A stretch of DNA of 15,774 nt from Fonticula alba ATCC 38817 (lineage: Eukaryota; Protista; Nucleariida). Positions 1-9,098 of the stretch are shown in pieces. The stretch lies in assembly GCA_000388065.2 (NCBI GenBank), contig KB932204.1. One strand, 5' to 3'. Each line of letters opens with the position of its first letter. Positions within the stretch are counted from its first letter, which is position 1. A program made the translations under genes and the position numbers. The notes under the pieces were generated by a model that was given only the letters and a program-made list of their open reading frames with translations, did not search any database and was not told the DNA's origin.

Positions 1-358
1 CGAAGGGCGGCGACAAAATTCCTTACACAACAGGGAAACAATAACAGTGGCGAATGGACGATTGGGACGCGTGAGGAGCACATGATGTGTGCCATATCAG
101 GCGGCCGGGCCAATCATTTGCTTGTCCTCCTGTGGGCGAGTGCATCTATTTTTTTCTTCGGCAGGATGTTTTCTCTTCGGAGCATCCCCCCCCTCATCGG
201 AACTCACTCAAACGGGGGACTCTGGATCAGGGAACGGTGCTCCGGATATGGTCGACCGTCCTGGTCATGATTGGTTCTTTGACCGGGCTCACTCTGAGGT
301 TGTTGTGTGATGGAGTGTGTTGTGGTTGTGTATGTGTGTGTAGGTGCGAGTGGGCTCT

Positions 359-380
359 GGGGGGGGGGGGGGGGGGGGGG
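359..380. repeat. G homopolymer (22 nt)
   Basis: Directly visible run of G following a GT-rich tract. Confidence 0.95.
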
Positions 381-621
381 AGCCTGTGTCCATATGAGAT
401 CGCCCCCCTCTCCTTTTCAAGGCTCCCACCTGCAGATGAATGTCCCTTGGGCATTGGCCACCAACCAGCCCCCGCTTCTTCCTCCTGACCCCCTTGCACC
501 AAGCCGCCTTCGCCTTCCCTCCCCCTTCCCATCTTTCTCCTCTCGGGCCTTCCTGTCCTTTCCTCGCGAGGTGCCCCGACACCCGGCCGACACCACGGAC
601 GCCCGTTTCTTCTCTTCGCAG

Positions 622-3600
622 GGCCCGAGCGCGGCCTCGGCCCAGGTTCGGGATTCCCCGCAGGGCAGGACCGCCGCGGCAGTGCTCACCCCGACGGCCA
701 AAGCCGACGCTGTTGTTCGGCAGTATCTGCTGGAGCGCGGCTTCTCGGATGCCCTCAAATACTTTGACAAAGAACTGTCCACCGATCGGGATCTTGCCTT
801 CTGTGTTCGTCTCCCTCTCCCTCTCTGTCTCTCCCTCTCTGCCTCTCCCTCCGCCTCTGTCTCTCCCTCTCTGTCTCTCCCTCNNNNNNNNNNGGGGGGG
901 GGGGGGGCGGAGCAACACGCTGGCACCAAGCGGATGGGGTCAGGCCGATCGACCCCGGCCCCGCGTGCGCAAGGGCCGGGCGCCCCTTCCCAGGTGACGG
1001 GGTCGATCATCGTGGTCCGGCCCCCAGCGGGGGATGTCCGGCCCCCAGCGGGGGATCTCCGGCCCCCCGCTCCCACCCTCTCCCGGCTTCTTCCCCAGTT
1101 TCGCGAGTGCCCTGAAAGGCAAAAGACATAGCTGTGCCCGTCCCGCCCCCCCCCCCTTCCCGGAGAGTATCCCCCCTTCCTGCCCACGCCTCCGCGATTG
1201 GGAGCGGAGGGCGGGCATCCCGTGGCGCGGGTGCATGAGGCCCACTTCCCGGCGCAGGGGAAGGTGGGGCGGTGCGGACTGGGGCGCGGAAGATGGCCCC
1301 GCGGGACGAGCCAAGAGCTTGCTACGTGCGCTGTGCTCCTCCCGCCCCGCCAGGCCTGGCGGCATCTCCCTGTGTGCCGTCTGGCCCCCCCCCCCNNNNN
1401 NNNNNNNNNNNNNNNNNNNNNNNNNNNNNNNNNNNNNNNNNNNNNNNNNNNNNNNNNNNNNNNNNNNNNNNNNNNNNNNNNNNNNNNNNNNNNNNNNNNN
1501 NNNNNNNNNNNNNNNNNNNNNNNNNNNNNNNNNNNNNNNNNNNNNNNNNNNNNNNNNNNNNNNNNNNNNNNNNNNNNNNNNNNNNNNNNNNNNNNNNNNN
1601 NNNNNNNNNNNNNNNNNNNNNNNNNNNNNNNNNNNNNNNNNNNNNNNNNNNNNNNNNNNNNNNNNNNNNNNNNNNNNNNNNNNNNNNNNNNNNNNNNNNN
1701 NNNNNNNNNNNNNNNNNNNNNNNNNNNNNNNNNNNNNNNNNNNNNNNNNNNNNNNNNNNNNNNNNNNNNNNNNNNNNNNNNNNNNNNNNNNNNNNNNNNN
1801 NNNNNNNNNNNNNNNNNNNNNNNNNNNNNNNNNNNNNNNNNNNNNNNNNNNNNNNNNNNNNNNNNNNNNNNNNNNNNNNNNNNNNNNNNNNNNNNNNNNN
1901 NNNNNNNNNNNNNNNNNNNNNNNNNNNNNNNNNNNNNNNNNNNNNNNNNNNNNNNNNNNNNNNNNNNNNNNNNNNNNNNNNNNNNNNNNNNNNNNNNNNN
2001 NNNNNNNNNNNNNNNNNNNNNNNNNNNNNNNNNNNNNNNNNNNNNNNNNNNNNNNNNNNNNNNNNNNNNNNNNNNNNNNNNNNNNNNNNNNNNNNNNNNN
2101 NNNNNNNNNNNNNNNNNNNNNNNNNNNNNNNNNNNNNNNNNNNNNNNNNNNNNNNNNNNNNNNNNNNNNNNNNNNNNNNNNNNNNNNNNNNNNNNNNNNN
2201 NNNNNNNNNNNNNNNNNNNNNNNNNNNNNNNNNNNNNNNNNNNNNNNNNNNNNNNNNNNNNNNNNNNNNNNNNNNNNNNNNNNNNNNNNNNNNNNNNNNN
2301 NNNNNNNNNNNNNNNNNNNNNNNNNNNNNNNNNNNNNNNNNNNNNNNCCTCTCCCTCCGCCTCTGCCTCTCCCTCCGCCTCTGCCTCTCCCTCTCTGCCT
2401 CTCCCTCTCCCTCTCTGCCTCTCCCTCTCTGCCTCTCCCTCTCTGCCTCTCCCTCTCCCTCCCTCTCCCCCTACTTCCCTACTTCAGCGCTTACATCCGC
2501 CTCACTTTCCCCTCTCCTTACCTCTCTTTCTCCCTTCCCCCTTTGACACCTGAAGGGTCGACGCTTGGCCGATCATTTGTTGTCATTTGTGACGGAGCTG
2601 GACTACCGTGGCCTGCTACAGGAATGGGACGCTATCCTCCGCCGGATTATGGCCTCCTCAATGTCAGCCGGATCGCATGTCCGGTCGGACTCGCGCGGTC
2701 TGGGGACCAATGTGGCCGGTGCTGGTCTTGGTGCCTCTGCTCCTGGGAATCCACACCACTCGGGGGGCGCGCCCCTTCCCGGGGGGACTGGCATGGCAGG
2801 CCTGTCGGCTGGCCTGAGTGCCGGCGCCACTGCCGGTCTGCAGGCCCCTTCGACCGGAGGCAACCTCAGCGGGCCGCACTCCACAGCCCTGCATGTGCAA
2901 AACTTCAAGTTCATTCGGGTCTGCCTTGTGCGGCTGCTACTTGTCCGGGCCATTCGCCTGGACCAACGGTCGGTTGCGCTGGACTTCCTGTCGGCCTGTT
3001 CGGTCGATGGAACTGGCGCCTCGTCCGGCCTCTTTGGCTTTGAGTTCAGCGGCGACGAATGGCTACGCTGGTTTAGTGCGTCTACAGACACACACACACA
3101 CACACACACATACACACACACACGCGCGCGCGCACGCATGCATGGACGTGTCTGCATATGCTTTCTTGACCGTTTGCCCGGGCGCAAATGCAAGATGACC
3201 CTCCGCCCCCTTGCTGACTCAGCCCCTCGGTCCTTCTTCCCATGTCACCTCGGTGCATCGGTGTGCTCCTACTCAGGTCTACCGCTGATGAAAAATCCCC
3301 ATCTGGATGGCTACTTCCGGGTGTACTTCTCCAAAGAGTGGGAGCAAAAATTCAACGTTTCTCTGGTCAACTCTCTCTCAACCATCATGGCTTCGATGCA
3401 GAAGCCGCAGTTGGTGGAGCTGATCAATCGGACGGAGAACCTCGCGACCCTGCAGGAGCACGCGGCCCTGCAGGAGGACCGCCTGCGCGCACTTCAGGCC
3501 GAGGTCACTCGGCTGCAGGGGGCTCTCGCCCAGGCTGACAGCCAGCTCCGGGAGCGCACTTCTCGGATCAGTTCCCTGGAGCAGGAGCTTTTGGCCGTCG

Positions 3601-4854
3601 TTGGGATCGCCAGTCGGCCGATGTTGACCTCGCCATTGACGTCGATCATGACCAGTCCCGACTCGGGGCTCTCTGCCAGCGGGCAATTTGATCCTGCGCC
3701 GGGTGTTGCGGAAAGCTCAACCGGCGCATCGCAACCAGTGCGCCCGGGCCCCAGCACTCCGGCTCCGACTGGCGGCGTTTCCAGCACCAGTGTCACGCCG
3801 GAGCATGTTCCCTCCGAGGGGCCTGGCTCCCTGGCCACCGGGTCCCCCTCGGGCGAATTCTCGGCCCCTGGTGACAATGGATCGCGCGGATCACCCACGG
3901 TGTCTGGCCTCACCCGCGGTCTGATTGCCTCCCGCAGTTGCACCGGGGAGCTGAGCAATGTGTCCTCCCCCCTGCGAGATGAGTTCCACATGCCGGCCTC
4001 CTCTTGCATCGATGTCTCACCCATTTCCCTGATGGTGCGTGAGGAGTGTCCTCTTCGGGACTTCTGACCCTCTGCCTATCATCCGCATGCTTGGCCCTTC
4101 GCTGACAGGTCTTTCTGATGTCTTTCCCCGCTCCACCCATCCTTCTCTCCCTCTTCTTTCATTTCCACTGTAGGCCATGCGCTCGGATGTCTCTTCTCTG
4201 TATGCATGGGGTTTCTTCTTTTCCCGTCCCCCCCCCTCCTCCCTCCCTTTGCCTCGCGTGGCGCTGACCTCCTTTGCTGCTTGCTTCCCCCTCTGCCCTC
4301 CTCTCCGCCAGCGATCTCCCCTCGCAAGGCTCGCCTCCCTCCGGTTCCCGTGCGCCCTGGCCTTCCCTTTCACATGGGCTTCCCTCTTGGTCTTGCCGGT
4401 CCTTTGGCTAACCCTGCTGCATTTTTGTCCCCGGAAAGTGGTCACCCCCGAGCTGTCAATTCCGTCGGTTCTCTCGGGTAGCCTGAAGACGGCTGTCCAG
4501 TTCCTGAAATACTCGCCCGACGGGCTTAACCTCCTGAGTGCCACCGTCAAGGGCGAAGTGAAGTGCGCTCGCATCATTTGGCTGTGGCGTTTCTCCTTTC
4601 CTGCTCTTGGCCTGATGTGCCAGGGTCTGACGATTTTCCCCCATTTATCTTTGGCTCCTGCTCGGGCATTTGCATTCCCCAGCATTCATCGCTTTGGTCG
4701 GATGATCCTCTCCACCCCAACCAAGGTCTCCTCCTCGATTGAGAGCCTTGCCTGGATGCCCGACTCGTCCGGAATTGTGCGAGCCCCATATGTGACGAAG
4801 GCATCTTCCACATACACCCCAGTGCTCATGTGCTCCATCCCCTCTGACACACAC

Positions 4855-4897
<43 letters not shown>

Positions 4898-6054
4898 ACA
4901 CCACACACCACACACCACTCCAGCTGTTCTCCCCTTCAAACACCAGTATCTGCCATCAGAGCATGTCTTCGCTGTCCGGCCTGCCAACCCAGAATGACCA
5001 GACGACACGGATTTTCTCGCTCGACAACTCCTCTTCCACGTTCGTGCCCGCCCTCCCTTCGTATGCATGTCCCCCGCATCCGGCATTCTAACCCGTAAAG
5101 CTGCCGGATGTGCAGTGTGTCCTTCCTCGCTCCGAAACCATTCTCGAGCTCGCACTGCTATGCCATCCTTACTTCGAGCGCTGGACCAAGTTCCCGATCT
5201 TACCACAGTGGTGAGATCTTGGCATTCGATGTGGCTTCGCAAAAGACGCTGGTGTGTGCCTGCTTTCGCCCTTCTCGCTTGTCCAATCGCTCCTCAAAAA
5301 ACCCAGCGTCACTCATTTTCTTCGCTCGCTCGCTCGCTCGCTCGCTCTCTCCCTCTCTCTCCCCATGATGCTTCAGCATTCCATCAAGCTGGAAAACTTT
5401 GCGACGCCGACCTGCCTGAGCTTCAACCAAAATGGCAATTTGATGCTGGTCGGCGACACAACCGGCTCAGTGCACATGTTCGACATCCGGTCTCAGCGGT
5501 CAGCCATCCAAGTCCTTCCGGTCAGCCTGGCGCCCATCTCTCTGACACACTTCTCCCCGGGCGAGGTGTCCATCATGAGCGTCGATCGGGATGGACAGGT
5601 GCTTCCTTTCCTCCTCGATGTTGCTTCCGCATTTATCCCTCCCTCGCTGACCTCGACGTTCTCTGCCTCCTCCCTCCCTCCCTCCCTCCATCCCTCTCTC
5701 TCTCTCTCTCGACCCCTCCTGCCAAACATGGGGTGCTGTGTTCGACAGCTTGCGCGCAGCACCAACGGGCGGACGATAGAAACCCCCCTGAAGTTGGGGG
5801 ATATGGGCAACAATCCATGCCTTGGCCTTTTCTCCTTCAGTCCGAATGCCGACAACCTGGCATCCATTCACGTTCAGGGCAATGGCAACATCTTCTCCAC
5901 ACAGGACGGACGGCTGGTGACACCGTTGCCACTTTCGGGGCAGTACTGCTCGGCGGTGGACTGGTCGCCCACATGCGACAGCAGCCTGCGTCCGACGCTG
6001 GCCGTCGGGACGGTCAACGGCAATGTCTTCGAGTGGGGCGATGGCAAGTTCTAG
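622..6054 (+). CDS. WDR91: WDR91/SORF-1-like WD40 protein (endosomal regulator family); spliced; start codon unresolved
   Basis: Predicted exons 622-804, 2556-3075, 3277-4034, 4174-4199, 4482-4562, 4683-4776, 4924-5060, 5209-5251, 5377-5598, 5749-6054 (TAG); all GT-AG and phase-compatible. ADAVVRQYLLERGFSDALKYFDKELSTDRDLAFC|GRRLADHL and EWLRWFS|LPLMKNPHLDGYFRVYFSKEWEQKFNVSLVNSLSTIM match the WDR91 N-terminal domain (human DELVREYLLFRGF...; EWKDWFVLPF...YFSRQW). A coiled coil and WD40 repeats follow (CLSFNQNGNLMLVG, AVDWSPT). Candidate starts: ATG 248 (exon 248-298) or in-frame ATG 436. The exons around 4174-4482 are the least certain. Confidence 0.88.
811..883. repeat. CT-rich minisatellite (ctccctctctg-like units), left of first gap
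   Basis: Degenerate tandem ctccctctc(t/c)g(t/c)ct units inside the WDR91 intron; same family as 2348-2470. Confidence 0.9.
884..893. other. Assembly gap (10 N)
   Basis: N run. Confidence 1.
1016..1070. repeat. 21-bp tandem repeat, about 2.6 copies (tccggcccccagcgggggatg/c)
   Basis: Units start at 1016, 1037 and 1058 with no spacers; each full unit has an internal ccccc-agc-ggggg inverted motif. Confidence 0.9.
1396..2347. other. Assembly gap (952 N)
   Basis: N run. Confidence 1.
2348..2470. repeat. CT-rich minisatellite, right of second gap
   Basis: ctccctccgcctctgcct / ctccctctctgcct units, same family as 811-883. Confidence 0.9.
3088..3144. repeat. (CA)n-(CG)n alternating purine-pyrimidine tract in WDR91 intron
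   Basis: 57 bp of uninterrupted purine-pyrimidine alternation. Confidence 0.9.
4859..4893. repeat. (CT)n microsatellite in WDR91 intron
   Basis: Directly visible. Confidence 0.95.
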
Positions 6055-6339
6055 TCCGGTGCGTCGGTGCTCGGCTTTGGGAGGCCCGGCGCGTTGACTT
6101 CTCGCATGCCAATGTCGAGGCCTGTGCCTCTGTTTTTGCTCATTCTCTCGCTCTCCCGGAGTGGAGCTGCACATCAGCAAGCGTGAGGCGGTGTTTTCTT
6201 TTTGTAAATATATATTCTTTATGTGCTTGCACAAGCATGCATATTTGTTTGTATGTTGGAGAACCCATGGTCATGATCTCTCTCCTCCCCCTTTGAGTTG
6301 TTGAGTCACAGGGGAGAGGAGGGTCATGCCAAGAGCGGC

Positions 6340-6362
6340 GAGAGAGAGAGAGAGAGAGAGAG
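6340..6362. repeat. (GA)n microsatellite between convergent WDR91 and AK6 3' ends
   Basis: Directly visible. Confidence 0.95.
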
Positions 6363-6451
6363 GGAGCGCGCGAAGGGGAGGGACGGAGGAGGGGGGCAGG
6401 GTCGGCACCCCGACGCGCATGTGTAATGGGAGGCACATGCTTTGGGTGTCC

Positions 6452-7306
6452 TTAGTCCATGGCCCCGGACCCGTCGCCATCACCGCCGATCGGGTCGATG
6501 TCAACGTGGATTCGGGCCTCAACACCATGGGTGGACATCGACTGCTCCCATGCCTCGGCCCACTCGACCACGCGAGAGACATTGTCGGACATCTCTTCGA
6601 TGGAGTCGCTCGGGAGAGACAGCACACGCGAGGGATGGTAGGCCTCCAGGGCCTCGTTGAAAGACACGTCCATGATCTCGCACATGATGTTCTCGCTGAT
6701 CTTCTTCTCCGAGTAGGAGCTGGGTGCCAGGACAGATCGCGGGCAAAGGGGGGCGGGGCGAGGGGCGGAGCATGGGAAATGGCAAGCACTTGGTCAGCGG
6801 GGAGGCAAGTCGACTGGGAGCTGGAGAGAGAGAGAGAGAGAGGGAGAGAGACGAGAAGGGCTGCGGCCCATTTGAAGGTGGGCCAAGTCACCGACATACC
6901 GCATCACCAGGCGATCGTTCAGGATGGAGGTGGAGGAGCGCAGCACAATGACCATATCGAACCAGCGCTCGGGAAAGAGATCGGACGAGTGGTAGTCAAC
7001 CACCCAGCCGCCAGATCCGCCGCGGGCCGCGTGCTGGGGCTCGACGCCGCGGCCGCCGGCGTCATCGCCACCGAGGATGAGCTCCATCTCGTCCAGCAGC
7101 AGGTCCTCATCGAGGATCAGCGTGTCGAAGGACTCGTCGCGGCCGCAGTGGAGGTTCCGCTGGGCCACCACCTTGCCAACCTCCAGCAGCTGGTAGTCCG
7201 GCAGAGCCGAGGTGACCAACCCGGCGAGGGTGGTCTTACCGGTGCCCGGGGTGCCGGTGATCAGGATGTTGGGCTTTGTCCGGGTAGCTCTGGAAGTTGG
7301 GGGCAT
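6452..7306 (-). CDS. AK6: Adenylate kinase 6 / Fap7 / hCINAP (atypical AK/ATPase, 40S maturation); 2 exons, 224 aa
   Basis: Exons 7306-6900 and 6719-6452 (GTATGT...CAG intron, phase 2). PNILITGTPGTGKTT (Walker A), VVDYHSSDLFPERWFDMVIVLR (DxH motif), R|SYSEKKISENIMCEI are all diagnostic for AK6/Fap7. Confidence 0.95.
6824..6842. repeat. (GA)n, i.e. (CT)n on the AK6 sense strand, in the AK6 intron
   Basis: Directly visible. Confidence 0.95.
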
Positions 7307-7484
7307 GGCTGTGTGTGGGCGTGTGTGTGGGTGTGTGGGTGGGTATGGGGGGGAGGGGGGGGCAGGGGTGGGGGTCGGGAGACAAAGGCGCAGGGTGCAA
7401 TGCCGGGCGATCCAGCAGGAGTGACACTGGGTCTGCGTGAGAAAAGTCGCGCCCCAGACTGCATCCAGCCGAGGTGCATGTCGG

Positions 7485-7516
<32 letters not shown>

Positions 7517-7990
7517 AGGCAGCGGGGAGGCGCGAGGGAAGCAGGCCCTCCTGCTTGAGATGGGGGCTGACGCCAGTATCAGTCAAGGGCACGCTTCCTC
7601 GCAGCGGCTCTGGTGCCGCCCCACATGCCCACACGCCCACACTCCCCTCACCGGGCCATGCTGTGATGGGGGTGCCAACGAATGGGCACACTGGCGGCCT
7701 GCCTCTGGCGCCCCGGTGGAACTTGCCCTGGGGCAGTGGGGGGCAAGCTGCCCCCGGGCCCTTGTCCGAGGACAGTGGCTCAGAGGGCGCCGCCGGAGGG
7801 CAGGCCGATCGCGGTAGGGTCTTCTTCAAACGGCGTCTTCGCAGATGCCGCCGGCCCATGTGCATCTCCGTCACCTACTTGCCTTCCGCAAATCTGCCTC
7901 TCGCCTCTCGCCTCTCGCCTCTCGCCCCCCCCCCTCTCTCCCTCCTTCTCCCTCAGTTGTCTCCCCTTCTGGGTGTGCTCCGCAAGAACC
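7307..7990. promoter_or_regulatory. Divergent intergenic region / putative bidirectional promoter of AK6 and POP5, probably containing 5'-UTR introns
   Basis: 684 bp between opposed start codons. Acceptor-like sites: minus strand cacacag|ccATG at 7310-7309; plus strand pyrimidine tract and ctcag| at 7955-7956. No promoter motif identified. Confidence 0.5.
7486..7512. repeat. (GTC)9 trinucleotide repeat
   Basis: Directly visible. Confidence 0.95.
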
Positions 7991-8815
7991 ATGGTCCGAG
8001 TCAAGCACCGGCACTTGCTGATCCGCTTTTATCCCGAGCCGTCCGACACGGCGGTGGCTCCTTTCTCGGCGGTCCTGCCGCACCATGTGGCGGCCTATGT
8101 GCGAGACGCGGTGGCGGGTCTCTTCGGCGACCCGGGGCAATCAGCCATCACGGCCGGGGCCAAATCGATGCCCGTGTCGACGCTGCCGGCTGGCGTGCCT
8201 GCCGGTGGCAAGGGCCCCTCGCTGCTCTACTGGAATCCCGGGACTGGCAGGGCCATCGTGCGAGTGGCACGCGAAGCCGCGGCCCCAGTGCGCGCGGCCA
8301 TCACCCTGGCCGCGCCAATGCACATCACCTCGAGCAATGGATCCAAGGTGTTTTGCACACCCCGGGTAGTGCACATTGGCGGTTCGTTTGCTTTCCTGCT
8401 TGTCCTGCATTTTATCCGCACCTTCCGAAGGACGCTGACCCACTTTCTGGACACATGCACGCATGCACGCACGCATGCCCATATATACATCCGCTGTATC
8501 TCCACCCTCTCCTTCTCTCTGTCCGCCTCTTTCCCATGTTTGACTTCAATTGTCCCCCTTGGAAATCCAGGCACTCTCAAGAGCCTGCTACAGGCGGGTC
8601 GGGAGCACTTGCACCTCAGACGTGTGCTCTTCCGATCTGCACGCACGCATGCCCATATATACATCCGCTGTATCTCCACCCTCTCCTTCTCTCTGTCCGC
8701 CTCTTTCCCATGTTTGACTTCAATTGTCCCCCTTGGAAATCCAGGCACTCTCAAGAGCCTGCTACAGGCGGGTCGGGAGCACTTGCACCTTGAGCAATTG
8801 GCCATCATCGAGTGA
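7991..8815 (+). CDS. POP5: RNase P/MRP protein subunit Pop5 (Rpp14/Pop5 family); 2 exons, 153 aa after removing the artefactual duplication
   Basis: MVRVKHRHLL (family MVRxKxRYLL), VRDAVAGLFGD, LLYWNPGTGRAIVRV, VVHIG|GTLKSL. Exon 7991-8381 (donor GTTCGT); last exon 8745-8815, whose start is also present as a false copy at 8571-8616. Confidence 0.92.
   Translation: MVRVKHRHLLIRFYPEPSDTAVAPFSAVLPHHVAAYVRDAVAGLFGDPGQSAITAGAKSMPVSTLPAGVPAGGKGPSLLYWNPGTGRAIVRVAREAAAPVRAAITLAAPMHITSSNGSKVFCTPRVVHIGGSFAFLLVLHFIRTFRRTLTHFLDTCTHARTHAHIYIRCISTLSFSLSASFPCLTSIVPLGNPGTLKSLLQAGREHLHLRRVLFRSARTHAHIYIRCISTLSFSLSASFPCLTSIVPLGNPGTLKSLLQAGREHLHLEQLAIIE
8465..8790. repeat. Artefactual 152-bp direct duplication (8465-8616 = 8639-8790) around an adapter
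   Basis: Identical copies separated only by Illumina adapter sequence. Confidence 0.95.
8617..8638 (+). other. Illumina TruSeq adapter remnant (CAGACGTGTGCTCTTCCGATCT)
   Basis: Exact match to the 3' end of the TruSeq GTGACTGGAGTTCAGACGTGTGCTCTTCCGATCT oligo. Confidence 0.97.
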
Positions 8816-9098
8816 TATCACAACTACACATGGCCTCCAGACCCATCTCCGCGCCGGCCATTCTCTCGGGCTCCAGGGGAAAGGTGAAAAAAGAAGAAGA
8901 AGAAGTAAAAACACTCCCAGCACCTGCTTGCAGCGGGATGGCATGTATTGTTTGTTTTTTTTCCTGGCGCTCACAATGCGAGGGGAAGACGGGGAGAGGC
9001 AGTTGAAATCCGAGTGCACGCGCAAGCCCACAGCCAGGTGGGGTTTGGTGAAGGGGAAGAGAGGGGAGGGGGGGCGGGGGGGGCATGTTCAAGGGCCT

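Noticed and set aside
975-1000. gccgggcgc and cccaggt, resembling SRP (7SL) RNA motifs
   Set aside because: No GNRA-capped helix 8 and no Alu-domain fold; short GC-rich matches are expected by chance
1016-1070. Repeat containing ccagcggggg-at, reminiscent of type I-E CRISPR repeats
   Set aside because: Units are directly adjacent with no spacers, there are under 3 copies, no cas genes, and the context is eukaryotic; it is an ordinary minisatellite
1034-3043. Long ORFs of 220-670 aa crossing the N gaps (also 9089-10306, 9245-9936)
   Set aside because: Their length comes from X codons in gaps; they are not evidence of coding sequence
6271-7558. Long antisense and alternative-frame ORFs over AK6, also over LMAN1, WDR91 and CASTOR
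   Set aside because: Typical shadow ORFs of GC-rich coding DNA with no independent homology signal
7441-7571. gaaaagtcgcgcccc ... tgggggctgac resembling RNase P/MRP RNA P4 strands next to POP5
   Set aside because: Pairing is imperfect, the spacing is short and includes a (GTC)9 repeat, and no other conserved regions or Pol III terminator are seen. An Infernal search with the RNase P and MRP models would settle it.
7236-7874. Possible TAF9-like shared upstream exons for AK6, as at the human locus
   Set aside because: No histone-fold or TAF9-like peptide in any frame; ATG 7306 gives a normal-length Fap7 N-terminus
8571-8616. Apparent tandem or alternative last exon of POP5
   Set aside because: Identical copy bounded by an Illumina adapter; assembly artefact
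7474-8793. 439-aa plus-strand ORF overlapping POP5 in another frame, and the 7682 upstream extension
   Set aside because: No recognisable domain, built from repeats and stop-poor GC-rich sequence; the Pop5 family N-terminus begins at ATG 7991
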